From: Eledone cirrhosa
Taxonomy: Eukaryota
DNA length: 64,000 bases
Direction of reading: 5' to 3'
Assembly: GCA_964016885.1 (NCBI GenBank)
Contig: OZ024742.1
Span: 73,284,001-73,348,000 of the forward strand
Shown here: one piece after another, positions 51,780-64,000 of the stretch
How the letters are laid out: the number at the start of each line of letters is the position of its first letter
Numbering within the stretch: the first letter of the stretch is position 1
The notes under the pieces: model-generated
What the model was told of the DNA's origin: nothing
Databases searched by the model: none
Seen by the model: only the letters and a program-made list of their open reading frames with translations
Made by a program: the position numbers and the translations under genes

Positions 51780-54700
51780 AGTGTATCAGTATAACAGACA
51801 CACACCATTAAACACACTGTAGTGTGTTTAATGGTGTGTGTTAGTTATACTGCAGTGTTTAATGGAGTGTGTTAGTTGCAGAATAATATTGTTTGATGGG
51901 GTGTGTCAATCATACTGTGAAGTATTTCATAAACAGTGTCAACCTTGTTATGTTTTTGATGGTGAGTCAGCCAAGCTATAGTGTGTTTGATGGACTGTGT
52001 CAGTCAAACTACTGTGTTTGGTGGACTGTGTCAGTCAAGCTATTGTGTGTGGCAGACTGTATCAGTCAAACTATTGTGTGTTTGATGGACTGTGTCAGTC
52101 AAGCTATTGTGTGTGACAGTCTGTGTCAGTCAAACTACTGTGTTTGATGGACTGTGTCAGTCAAAGTATTGTGTTTGGCAGACTGTGTCAGTCAAACTAT
52201 TGTGTTTGTCAGACTGACAGTCAAACTATTTAGTGTTTGATGGACTGTATCAATCAAGTTACTATGTTTGGTGGACTGTGTCAGCCAAAATATTATGTTT
52301 GATGAACTGTTAGTCAAAGTATTGTGTGTTTGGTTGACTGTGTCAGCCAAAATATTGTGTTTGATGGACTGTGTCAGCCAAAATATTGTGTTTGATGAAC
52401 TGTGTCAGTCAAAGTATTGTGTTTGGTTGACTGTCTCAGTCAAACTATTGTCTGTTTGTTTGACTGTGTCACTCAAACTATTGTGTGTTTGGTTGACTGT
52501 GTCAGCCAAAATATTGTGTTTGATGAACTGTGTCAGTCAAAGCATTGTGTGTTTGGTTGACTGTGTCAGTCAAACTATTGTGTGCTTTTGTTGACTGTGT
52601 CAGTCAAACTATTGTATGTTTGGTTAACTGTGTCAGCCAAAATATTGTGTTTGATGAACTGTGTCAGTCAAAGTATTGTGTTTGGTTGACTGTGTCAGCC
52701 AAAATATTATGTTTGATGAACTGTATCAGTCAAAGTATTGTGTATTTGGTGGACTGTTTCAGTCAAACTATTGTGTGTTTGGCAGACTGTGTCAGTCAAA
52801 CTATTCAGTGTTTGATGGACTGTATCAGTCAAGCCATTGTATTTGGTGGACTGTGTCAGTTAACACTCTAGTGTCTTCATGGATTAAGTCAGCTACACTA
52901 CAGTGTGTGTTTGATGGTTGTGTCAGTCAGAGTATAGTATACATGATGGACTGTATTAGTCACACTCTGGTGTAATTGATTTGAGTCAGTCACGCTATGG
53001 TGTTTAATGAGCTGAGTCAGTCATGCTACAGCACATTTAATAGACTGTGTCAGCTATACTATAGCACATTAAATAGGCTATATCAGCTATACTATAGCAC
53101 ATTTAATAGACTGTATCAGCTATACTACAGTATAGTGTGTTTAAAGGGCCGTTTTAGGTACACATAGTGTTTGGTAGACTGTGTCATCCATGCGGATGAA
53201 TTTTTATTGTATCAGTTACACTAATGTGTTTGAGTAACAGTGCCAGTCACATTACAGTGTGTCAGATATATTCTAGTGTGTTTGATGGACTGTCTCAATT
53301 ACACTACAGTTCATTTAGTGCACTATGTCAATAGCTCTATAATGTGTTTCATAGACTATGGATTGTGTCATCCACACTATTGCGTGTTTCATAGACTGTA
53401 TCAGACACACTATACTATGTTTTATGGGTTGTAACATTCACACTACTGAGTGTTTGATAGACTATCAGATACACTATATTATGTTTGATGGGTTGTGTCA
53501 TCCACACTATTGTGTGTTTCATAGACTCTCATCATTCACATTACTGTGTGTTAGATAGACTGTATCAGACACAGTATAATATGTTTGATTGGTTGTGTCA
53601 TTCACACAACTGAGTGTTTGATAGACTGTATCAGACACACTATATTATGTTTGATGGGTTGTGTCATTCACACTACTGTGTGTTAGATAGACTGTATCAG
53701 ACACTATATTATGTTTGATGGGTTGTGTCATTCACACAACTGAGTGTTTGATAGACTGTATCAGACACACTATATTATGTTTGATGGGTTGTGTCATTCA
53801 CACTACTGTGTGTTAGATAGACTGTATCAGACACACTATATTATGTTTGATGGGTTGTGTCATTCACACTACTGAGTCTTTGATAGACTGTATCAGACAC
53901 ACTATAATATGTTTGATTGGTTGTGTCATTCACACAACTGAGTGTTTGATAGACTGTATCAGACACACTATAATATGTTTGATTGGTTGTGTCATTCACA
54001 CAACTGAGTGTTTGATAGACTGTATCAGACACACTATATTATGTTTGATGGGTTGTGTCATTCACACTACTGTGTGTTAGATAGACTGTATCAGACACAC
54101 TATATTATGTTTGATGGGTTGTGTCATTCACACTACTGAGTGTTTGATAGACTGTATCAGACACACTTTAATATGTTTGATTGGTTGTGTCATTCACACA
54201 ACTGAGTGTTTGATAGACTGTATCAGACACACTATAATATGTTTGATTGGTTGTGTCATTCACACAACTGAGTGTTTGATAGACTGTATCAGACACACTA
54301 TAATATGTTTGATTGGTTGTGTCATTCACACAACTGAGTGTTTGATAGACTGTATCAGACACACTATATTATGTTTGATGGGTTGTGTCATTCACACTAC
54401 TGTGTGTTAGATAGACTGTATCAGACACACTATATTATGTTTGATGGGTTGTGTCATTCACACAACTGAGTGTTTGATAGACTGTATCAGGCACACTATA
54501 TTATGTTTGATGGGTTGTGTCATTCACACTACTGAGTGTTTGATAGACTGTATCAGACACACTATATTATGTTTGATGGGTTGTGTCATTCACACTACTG
54601 AGTGTTTGATAGACTGTATCAGACACACTATATTATGTTTGATGGGTTGTGTCATTCACACTACTGAGTGTTTGATAGACTGTATCAGACACACTATATT

Positions 54701-55050
54701 ATGTTTGATGGGTTGTGTCATTCACACTACTGAGTGTTTGATAGACTGTATCAGACACACTATATTATGTTTGATGGGTTGTGTCATTCACACTACTGAG
54801 TGTTTGATGGGTTGTGTCATTCACACTACTGAGTGTTTGATAGACTGTATCAGACACACTATAATATTTGATAGGCTTAGACTCAGTTTCCCTACAGAGA
54901 GATTGATAGTCTGTCATTCACACTGTAGAGTATTTGGTAAAGTGTATCACCTATACTGTAGTGTGTTTGATGGACTGTCTTATTACAGTATAGTGTCAGT
55001 CTCAGTGTTGTGTGTTTGACAGACTGTTTCAGTCACACATTAGTGTGTTT
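51780..55050. repeat. 33-35 bp minisatellite grading into a homogeneous 66-bp dimeric array (about 53350-54870)
   Basis: Monomer TGTGTTTGATGGACTGTGTCAGTCAAACTAT-like; dimer GATAGACTGTATCAGACACACTATATTATGTTT + GATGGGTTGTGTCATTCACACTACTGAGTGTTT. Confidence 0.97.
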
Positions 55051-56692
55051 CAAGTTTGATTCAATTATTAGTCACAGGCCAAGTTGCTAGAACATAAGAC
55101 AGAAATCCTTGCAGTTTTCAACCCTGATTTCAAATCTGTCAATTTTACCTTTAATCCTTCTGGGGTTGATAAATAAAGTACCAGTCAAATATTGGGACTA
55201 GCTCTTCTTTTTATGGGTATGTAGAAGACTATATTGTCTAATGTGTTCTTTCCTAATTAAATGAGTGGTTTGACGGATAATTGGTTACTGTCTTTAGTAT
55301 ATGACGATGTAGGGGCTCCCATATTGGCTTGTAAGAAAGGTTGTTAGGGATAATCCAAGAGCTGGTTTGAGCAGTTGTTGAATGCATTTGTCAATATAGA
55401 ATGACAAAACACTCTGAACTATAAATATAATTAGAACAGAACCTTGAATGAGCAGACCTATGGCATATATGTAGCTGGCTGAACATCTAGGTGAGATCCA
55501 CAGATCCATAGCTCTGGATATAACATAAATCGATCTGGCTGAGGACCATACTGCACATTTTGACATGAAGTAGTTGATTGTATGTGATGAAGAGTAGCAG
55601 TTTGGATATGTTCCACTCTCTCCACTGTCCAATCTATTTCTTAATCTTTGTAGAATTTGATGGTGGCTACAATAAAAACAGATAAGGTGGACTTAGTCTG
55701 AACAGGTTTGCTGCCACTTCTGTGTACTTCTTATTGGTCTTGTACATCCCATAAAAAGTATTTTGGGCTAATGAGGCTATTATTGCTGTTGCTATCTTTG
55801 AGTGAGTGTGTGTGTGTGTGTGTGCGCACGCGCGCATGCATGTGTGTGTATTTAGTTTTAATTGGACTGAGTAACAGAGATAGTGTTTTAAAATATTATT
55901 GTAATAATGTTTTGGAGTATAACAGACATTTATTTTTGTTTGTAGGTGATTGTCCTTCTAGTGGCAGAGACTGTGACATTTGGAGTTTAATGTGACAACA
56001 AAATGTACTCCTCCTCACATGTCTAGCTGGTCTTTCATATTAAGTGTTGTTTAATTGTGTAGGTCATTTGTGAGTGTTGTCTGTGTGCAACCTTTGGTAA
56101 TGTGAACTGCACTAATAGAAGCTGGTATGTTTACATGGCAAAGATATAGATATCAATGAAGATTGATAAATTAAGGTCCAATAGAAAGGATAATATTGTT
56201 AAGAATCAGAAAATATGTTTTCTAGCCCCAATGGGTAAGACTGCTTGAAAGTCAGATTTTAACTCTGTGTTCACGGTATGAAGTTGATACATGATAAATC
56301 TCCCCAAGGATAAAATGCCAGTTAGCTCGAGTAACATTCATACATTGAAGCAGTGTACAATAACGTGTGATTAGAAAAGTATTTTTACTTCAACCTCGTT
56401 ATAACTATTCCAATTCACTAGGCTCACTCCTGCAAATGACCAGCTCCACCCTAATATCAATGAGTAGGGAAGTGGTACAAGGACCAAGAATGCCAAATGT
56501 TTCCATGGCTAACAGGATGCCAGCAACAGATTCAAACTTATGATCAAATGTTCAAATATTAAAATATATTGTCTACTCAGCTATCTTAAATCAGAAAAAA
56601 ATATCAAATATATAGAATCAAGAAAACTACCATATTTCTAATAAAATACACAGCCTGTGATTTCCAATTAATTTCAAAAATAGTCAAAAATT

Positions 56693-57890
56693 ATAGCCTC
56701 CCTGGAAAAATCTATGCTAAGTGTCTGCTAAAAAGAAGTAGAGACATTGTTGAGTCCAAGCTAGCTGATGAACAGTGTGGTTTTTGCCCTGGACACAGCA
56801 CTGCTGACCAAATATTCACACAGCGACAGGTCTTTGAGAAATCATGGGAGTATTGCCAAGAGGTGTATGCAGTATATAATTGCTTTCCACAGGACCTGCT
56901 GTGGAAAGTTCTGCAGTAGTATGGGATCGAAGGTCAGCTTCTTGTTGCCCTGATGTCTCTATACAAATGCCCTATTTATGTTCAGATAAGTGGTGCTAAA
57001 TCGGACCCATTCAATGTGGGAGTCAGCCTCCACCAAGGATGTGTACTGCCACTGCTCCTGTTCATAATCTTCTGGAACAGGATTGACATGCACAACGAGG
57101 TTGGAAGTGGTATCACAAGTGGTAGGTGTAGGATTATTTGGCTGGAATTTGCAGACAACATCGTATTACTTAACTCGTCAGAAGGTTTAATGCAGAGTGC
57201 TGTATAGCTTGAATGAAAATCAGTGCTGTCTAAACTGAGATACTTATCCTCTCAAGAAAGCCTGTGCAGTGCACTCTACATGTGGAGAAGTTCAAGTATC
57301 TTGGGGCCGTGTTCATGAATGATGGAAGGCAGAAGGCTGAATTAATTACAAAAAAATGCAGGAGCTGGTGCAGTAAAGTATTCGGTCATCAGAAGGGAGG
57401 TAGGTGTAAAAGCCAAACTTACTATCTTCAATTTGGTGTTCATGCCAAACCTTACCTATGGTCATGAATCTTGGGAAATGACTGAAAGAATGTGATTTTG
57501 AATACAAGCAACCGAAATGGGTTTCTTCCAAAGGGTCTTTGGAATAATGTTACTCGATAGATTGCATAGCTCAGAGATCAGAGTTAATCCAGGTAGAGCC
57601 ACTACTTCTCTGAATTGAGAGATCACAGCTCCAATAATATGGGCATGCAGTTAAAATGTCTCAGGAAAGAATCACTAGACAGATTTTATGGGTAAAACCA
57701 ATGAGCAGGATACCCAGGGGAAGACCCCAAGCAAGATGGTTGGATAATATCCATGAGCTCAGCTGGTCTTGTTTGGGAATCCAGCCAGATCAATTCAAGA
57801 TGGTCGCTACTGGCAGGATCTGCTGGAAGGTGTATTTGAGGTCTCTGCCCCCCCATGACCCTCCCAGGAATAAGTAGGAAAAGAAAAAGA
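56693..57890 (+). mobile_element. 5'-truncated RTE LINE nested in a TTAA-type MITE
   Basis: HQGCVLPLLLFIIF, LEFADNIVLL, KFKYLG, RGRPQARWLDNI, GAA tail; TSD AGTCAAAAATT/AGTCAAGAATT (56682-56692, 57891-57901). Confidence 0.93.
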
Positions 57891-58643
57891 AGTCAAGAAT
57901 TTAGAGGGATTTAGCATTATAACTAACTGCCTTATTGTTAAGCTGGCATTTGAAACATAGCTTAATAAACGTTCTTACATAAGATTAACTAAATATATAC
58001 ACTTTAAAACAAACAGTTTCATATTGTAGAGCAAGGGTTTGTTTCAGGTGGTTTGTTATTAAAAAGGTTAAACCAGAGAAGAATACCAAATATAAAGAAT
58101 GAAGAAAGTTAAGATTAAGAGATGATCAAATAATTGAAGTTCAACAATACAGAGATGAACTGTGAATACTAATGGAGAGAAGATCACCAAAATATTGAGC
58201 AACAGTTAATGGCAGACAGAATGAAGTGACACTTATGTGTCACAAGAGTAAATATTATAGAGTGGTAGGGTGAGGTAAGAAATATGGGTCATAGTTTGTC
58301 TTTGAAGCTTATCTGCTTATGAAAGATATATACTTGATAATAAAAAAGAAAGATATATACTTCATAATAAAAAAGAAGGTAAATTAGAATATATTACAGA
58401 CCAAAATTGATTGTTAATGGAAAGCAAAATGGAGAAATGATACTTCATGATTTTATATTTGTTATTTTTTTTTGTGTTGTTTCATTTTTTCCCAAGAAAG
58501 TAAGGTTTAATGAAAATGAGAAACTCTGAAGTAAATATCTGTTGGTTTGGAAGAGAAAAGAATCCTAAGTCATTAGGAAGAGATGCAAAAGGTCAGATGA
58601 CTATACAAGTAGATCTCACTAGTTTTCTAATTGTTGTCTGAAT

Positions 58644-58681
<38 letters not shown>

Positions 58682-59219
58682 GGAGGGGACATACTGGAAA
58701 CATATACAGATAAAGTGCAGAAAATGGTGAGTTCAAATGGATTAGCTTTTGAGTAATGATCTGTATTGGGTTGAAGGAATATTGATTTATTTTTTTAGGA
58801 AGGAACCATAAGAGGAGAAGAACGGCTAAAAGCTGGGTTATAAGTTTGTGGTAGCAATATTAAGGAAGTATAAGTAATTGACAACAGAGGGAGGGGGAAA
58901 GCAAACCAAAGTCTATTAAGAATGCATGTAAAATCAATAATGAGAGAATATATGTGAGTTTTATTGGGAAAATGTAGATAATCAATAATGAAAGAAAATG
59001 TTTGATCCATATGACATTAACATCTTACAACTAGTTCACCATCTAATAAGCAAAGGGGGAGAGCAGCACCCAATCTGTTGTCTCCAGAGGAAGAGGGCAA
59101 GATCTAGTAACAGTGAGAAGTTTTACCTAGCTTTATGTTCTAAGATACACTAGCAGAGCCTGTCATTTCTGTGACATTATATCTATTGACAAACTCACAT
59201 GGTTTCCATGATGGGTGCT

Positions 59220-59520
59220 ATCAACAGAACAGTCTGCTCATGAATTGATGGTGTAAATGACTAAGAATTCTAGGGATACAGATACCTTTAATTCTCAGGG
59301 AGATTCAGTGTGACACCAGCATGTAACAATGCTGGCCCTTTGAATTACAGATACAGTCCATTCGACAGGCTTCCAAACAGTTTCCCTCTAAGCAATTTCA
59401 CTTAAAAGATATTGATGGATCAACCCAAGTAAATGACACTTGCCTAAAATACCATACATTGGAATTGAACCCAAGACCTAATGATTGTGAAAGAAACTCT
59501 TTAGCTATTCAGCTATACTA
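59220..59520 (-). mobile_element. Decayed SINE
   Basis: TCTCAGGGAGATTCAG and GACACTTGCC...GGAATTGAACCC, as at 33425-33700. Confidence 0.7.
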
Positions 59521-59669
59521 CATCCACACACAGATGTCATCTATATTGTTACATTTCTGTCAGAGATATCATATTAGGTGTTACACGTTTGTTATTGGTG
59601 CCTGTTACCACACACCTGCAGATGATATGAGACTTATTACAAAAAATGTTCAGCTGATAGCAAATCTCT

Positions 59670-60250
59670 TGCCTAGCATCTGTTACCACACATCTGTAGG
59701 TAATATTATATTTGTTGCTACATGTCTGTAGTGACACACCTCCAGGTGATATCACACATCTGTTACCACACATCTGTAGGTAATATTATATTTGTTGCTA
59801 CACGTCTGTAGTGACACACCTCCAGGTGATATCACACATCTGTAGGTAATATTATATTTGTTGCTACACATCTGTAGTAACACACCAGGTGATATCATAC
59901 ATCTGTTACCACACATCTGTAGGTGATATCACATATCTGTTACCACACATCTGTAGGTAATATATTTGTTGCTACACATCTGTTAGCGCACATCTATAGT
60001 TAATATTATATTTGCTACTACACATCTGTTGCCACACATCCGTAAATATTATATTTATTGCTACACATCTGTAGAGACATACCTCAAGTTGAGATCACAC
60101 ATCTGTTACCACACATCTGTAGGTAATATTATATTTGTTGTTACACATCTGTAGTGACACACCTCAAGGTGATACCACATATCTGTTACCACACATCTGT
60201 AGGTAATATATTTGTTTCTACACATCTGTTACCATACATCTGTAAGAAAT
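59670..60250. repeat. Composite tandem repeat built on CACATCTGT
   Basis: Motif recurs about 20 times in variable higher-order units. Confidence 0.9.
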
Positions 60251-60419
60251 ATCACATATGTTGTTAAACATCAGATGTTGATATCACATTTTTTGCACCA
60301 TATCAGTAATCTACAGCATGCAATACAAGATTAAAACAAGAAAGCTGGTTGTACAATCACAATTAATGTAGTCTATATTAGAGGGAGCTCAGTTGTGTGT
60401 GTATAGTGTATATGAACAG

Positions 60420-60657
60420 CAAAACAGATGTAGCATGCAGGAGAGAAAGTTGTGTTGATATCGACATGTAATGCATATGGATGATGATTGTTAAGTGAAC
60501 AAGAGTTAAGAGTTCCTAGTGGAAGGAAGCTGTGGTAGAGGAAGACAAAAATAAATATAAGCAGAGGTGATGAAAGCTGATCTCAAGAAACTGAGCCTCA
60601 CAAAAGAGATGACAAACGATAGAAACAAGTAGAGACATGCTGCACTGGAGAGAACTC
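60420..60657 (+). mobile_element. Highly decayed RTE 3' fragment
   Basis: VEGSCGRGR and KADLKKLSLTKEMTNDRNK-like C-terminal motifs. Confidence 0.65.
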
Positions 60658-60709
60658 AGATTGTTGTGGATGGAGTTCTGGTTTAGGGGTTGGTACTGGC
60701 CTCTCATTA

Positions 60710-61075
60710 TGTGATAACCATTGTTTTTTTTTTGTTTTCTGTTGTGATGTAAAACCCATTTTTCATCACCTGTAACAATGTGCTGCAGAAATGATAGGTG
60801 GTTATTACTGGTTAGAAGACTGTTGCAGATGTTGGAATGTGTTCAGTTCTCAAGTGTAAGCTCATGTGGAACCCAAATTCCCTCTTTGAATGTTTTCCCA
60901 ATTTGCTTGAGATGTTCGTGGATAGTTGAACAACATGACACATTGAATTTATGCACCAAATCTCTGGTGCTTTGACATGGATCCAATACAATAGTCTCAA
61001 AAAGTCGTCAGAGGGGGTCATCTTTTGGAGCAAGGCTTGTTAGATATGTCACCATTGCCATCTTTAAATCTTTTA
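60710..61075 (-). pseudogene. Mariner transposase remnant
   Basis: Translates to TIHEHLKQIGK, GIWVPHELT and IVTGDEKWV (WVPHEL linker and first catalytic Asp motif), with stops. Confidence 0.9.
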
Positions 61076-61109
61076 AATCACAGCTGACGTGTATGAGCTT
61101 TTACTGCAT

Positions 61110-61501
61110 ATCACACCACACAACACTATACCACAACACTCCACACTGTACCACACTACACCATGCCCCACCACACACACCACACTACACCATATCAAAC
61201 CACACTATATCACCATACTATACCATACCACGCCATATCACACCACACTACATTATACCACACCACATCACCATACTATACCACATCACACAATATCACA
61301 CAACATCACATAGCCACTATACTATACCTCACCACACCATACTACACAACGCCATATCACAGCACACTATACTACACCACACCACTCCATCACACCATAC
61401 CATACTATGCCACAACACACCCCAACATATCACATCTTATTTCATAATAACAAAAAAAAAACAGGATGTAGGTCTGCTCAACCAGGGCTGACCTGGTGCT
61501 C

Positions 61502-61532
<31 letters not shown>

Positions 61533-61578
61533 GCAGCAGCAGCAGCATCAGCAACAACAACGGCAGCAGCAACAACAA

Positions 61579-61616
<38 letters not shown>
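61110..61616. repeat. (CACAC/TACAC)-like tract and (CAA)n(CAG)n microsatellite (61501-61616)
   Basis: Directly visible. Confidence 0.92.
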
Positions 61617-61618
<2 letters not shown>

Positions 61619-62138
61619 CCTCTGCACACTCCACTCAACTTTGATGGAGCCAGTGATCCCCTCCTCCTTACACATCCACATATACATGTAAGAAAGGAAA
61701 TGGAAAGGGCTCTTTGTTTGTGATGGTATCATAAAGGTACTGTCCTAACACACAGCGGCATCTTTTGGACATTTAAACACCATTCTCCAGCTTAGAACAC
61801 AGCTGAGTTTTTCCAGAAAAAGAGAAAGAGTGTGTGGGAGGGGGGGGGGGGGAGTAAGAGAGCGGAGCGGCGGGGGAGGGGGGGGGGTAAGAAAAAGAGA
61901 GTAAGAGAGAGAGGGGGGGAGTAAGAAAGAGAAATAGAGGAAGAATTGAACCCCAATACTGGACTGATAATTTATTTATCAACCTTGAAAGAAGAAAAGG
62001 TAAAATTGACCTTGATGTATTATAAAATACAGATAGAAGTGTATATTGTCTGCAATAATATGACTTTGATATTATATATAACAATGTATGTAGCATTATA
62101 TAGCAATATACTTGCAGTGTTATATAAACATATGTATG

Positions 62139-63488
62139 GTTTTGTATAACAATATAGCTATAACAAATATATAGTTTTGTATAACAATATAGCTATAACA
62201 AATATATGGTTTTGTATAACAATATAGCTATAACAAATATATAGTTTTGTATAACAATATAGCTATAACAAATATATAGTTTTGTATAACAATATAGCTA
62301 TAACAAATATATAGTTTTGTATAACAATATAGCTATAACAAATATATAGTTTTGTATAACAATATAGCTATAACAAATATATAGTTTTGTATAACAATAT
62401 AGCTATAACAAATATATGGTTTTGTATAACAATATAGCTATAACAAATATATAGTTTTGTATAACAATATAGCTATAACAAATATATGGTTTTGTATAAC
62501 AATATAGCTATAACAAATATATAGTTTTGTATAACACTATAGCTATAACAAATATATAGTTTTGTATAACAATATAGCTATAACAAATATATAGTTTTGT
62601 ATAACAATATAGCTATAACAAATATATAGTTTTGTATAACAATATAGCTATAACAAATATATGGTTTTGTATAACAATATAGCTATAACAAATATATAGT
62701 TTTGTATAACAATATAGCTATAACAAATATATAGTTTTGTATAACAATATAGCTATAACAGATATATAGTTTTGTATAACAATATAGCTATAACAAATAT
62801 ATAGTTTTGTATAACAATATAGCTATAACAAATATATAGTTTTGTATAACAATATAGCTATAACAAATATATAGTTTTGTATAACAATATAGCTATAACA
62901 AATATATAGTTTTGTATAACAATATAGCTATAACAAATATATGGTTTTGTATAACAATATAGCTATAACAAATATATAGTTTTGTATAACAATATAGCTA
63001 TAACAAATATATAGTTTTGTATAACAATATAGCTATAACAAATATATAGTTTTGTATAACAATATAGCTATAACAAATATATAGTTTTGTATAACAATAT
63101 AGCTATAACAGATATATAGTTTTGTATAACAATATAGCTATAACAAATATATAGTTTTGTATAACAATATAGCTATAACAAATATATAGTTTTGTATAAC
63201 AATATAGCTATAACAAATATATAGTTTTGTATAACAATATAGCTATAACAAATATATAGTTTTGTATAACAATATAGCTATAACAGATATATAGTTTTGT
63301 ATAACAATATAGCTATAACAAATATATAGTTTTGTATAACAATATAGCTATAACAAATATATGGTTTTGTATAACAATATAGCTATAACAAATATATAGT
63401 TTTGTATAACAATATAGCTATAACAAATATATAGTTTTGTATAACAATATAGCTATAACAGATATATAGTTTTGTATAACAATATAGC
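62139..63488. repeat. 35-bp AT-rich minisatellite, about 38 nearly identical copies (TTTTGTATAACAATATAGCTATAACAAATATATAG)
   Basis: Directly visible with period 35. Confidence 0.99.
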
Positions 63489-63592
63489 ATATGGTATGTA
63501 TTATAGTATTGTGTACTTATATAGTTGTTGTAATATATAATATATAATATTGATGTAGTATTGTACAGTAGTATAACTGTGTGTATAACAAG

Positions 63593-63800
63593 TGAAGGCT
63601 TAGTGTTTAGAGAGTTGGATGCACAACTGTGAGGTTGTGAATTCAATTCCCGGAGCGGGCAATGCATTATGTCCTTGAGCATGACACTTTATTTCATATT
63701 GCTCCTTCTGCCAGGAATTGCGACCGGTAGATAGTATCAGCAATTAGAAAGACCAATGGAAACATTGTTTCCTTGGTTTGATCTGATGAGTTCCAGCCCC
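63593..63800 (+). mobile_element. tRNA-derived SINE head and core (family B)
   Basis: GGCTTAGTGTTTAGAG, GAATTCAATTCCC, GTCCTTGAGCATGACACTTTATTTCA, as at 5478. Confidence 0.85.
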
Positions 63801-64000
63801 ACATTATATAGATATGTTATAACATAATAATATATATGTATGATATTACATCATAGAGATGTGGTGCTGTGTGATGATAATAGTGATGTAGTATTGTACA
63901 GTAATATAGCTGTGTGTATAATAAGTAATGAAAAACAGCTAAGTCAATAGAGTGCTAGATAAACAATGAATCTAGATGTTAATATTCAGTGTAGGACTCA

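Noticed and set aside
52268-55019. Cys/His-rich repeat ORFs as zinc-finger genes
   Set aside because: Translations of the 33/66-bp satellite with no C2H2 spacing or TGEKP linker.
55294-55700. 112-aa ORF or LINE RT remnant
   Set aside because: Only a QGSVL-like word; not enough to assign.
61478-61732. PolyQ/polyN/polyA coding exon
   Set aside because: A (CAA)(CAG) tract following a SINE-like tail; no supported splice or homology context.

Overview
AT-rich, repeat-dominated eukaryotic non-coding DNA with no intact host gene that I can support. The SINE families, RTE LINEs and dense microsatellites resemble an octopus/cephalopod genome (inference from recalled repeat sequences, not checked by search). 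Contents: decayed RTE LINEs; many tRNA-derived SINEs; a non-autonomous Helitron with a helicase remnant; a Fot1/pogo-like element with a PHD-finger remnant; a mariner relic; TA-, TTAA- and 8-bp-TSD MITEs; four large minisatellites (28, 19, 33/66 and 35 bp units). Almost all tracked ORFs are repeat artefacts. The main unexplained signals are: (i) about eight hammerhead-ribozyme-like motifs in Penelope-like relics next to (TA)n tracts, including two long palindromes, one carrying a near-complete hammerhead on each strand; (ii) a 293-bp perfect inverted copy shared by two otherwise diverged RTE relics 40 kb apart, resembling a templated break-repair scar; (iii) inverted duplications at minisatellite edges.
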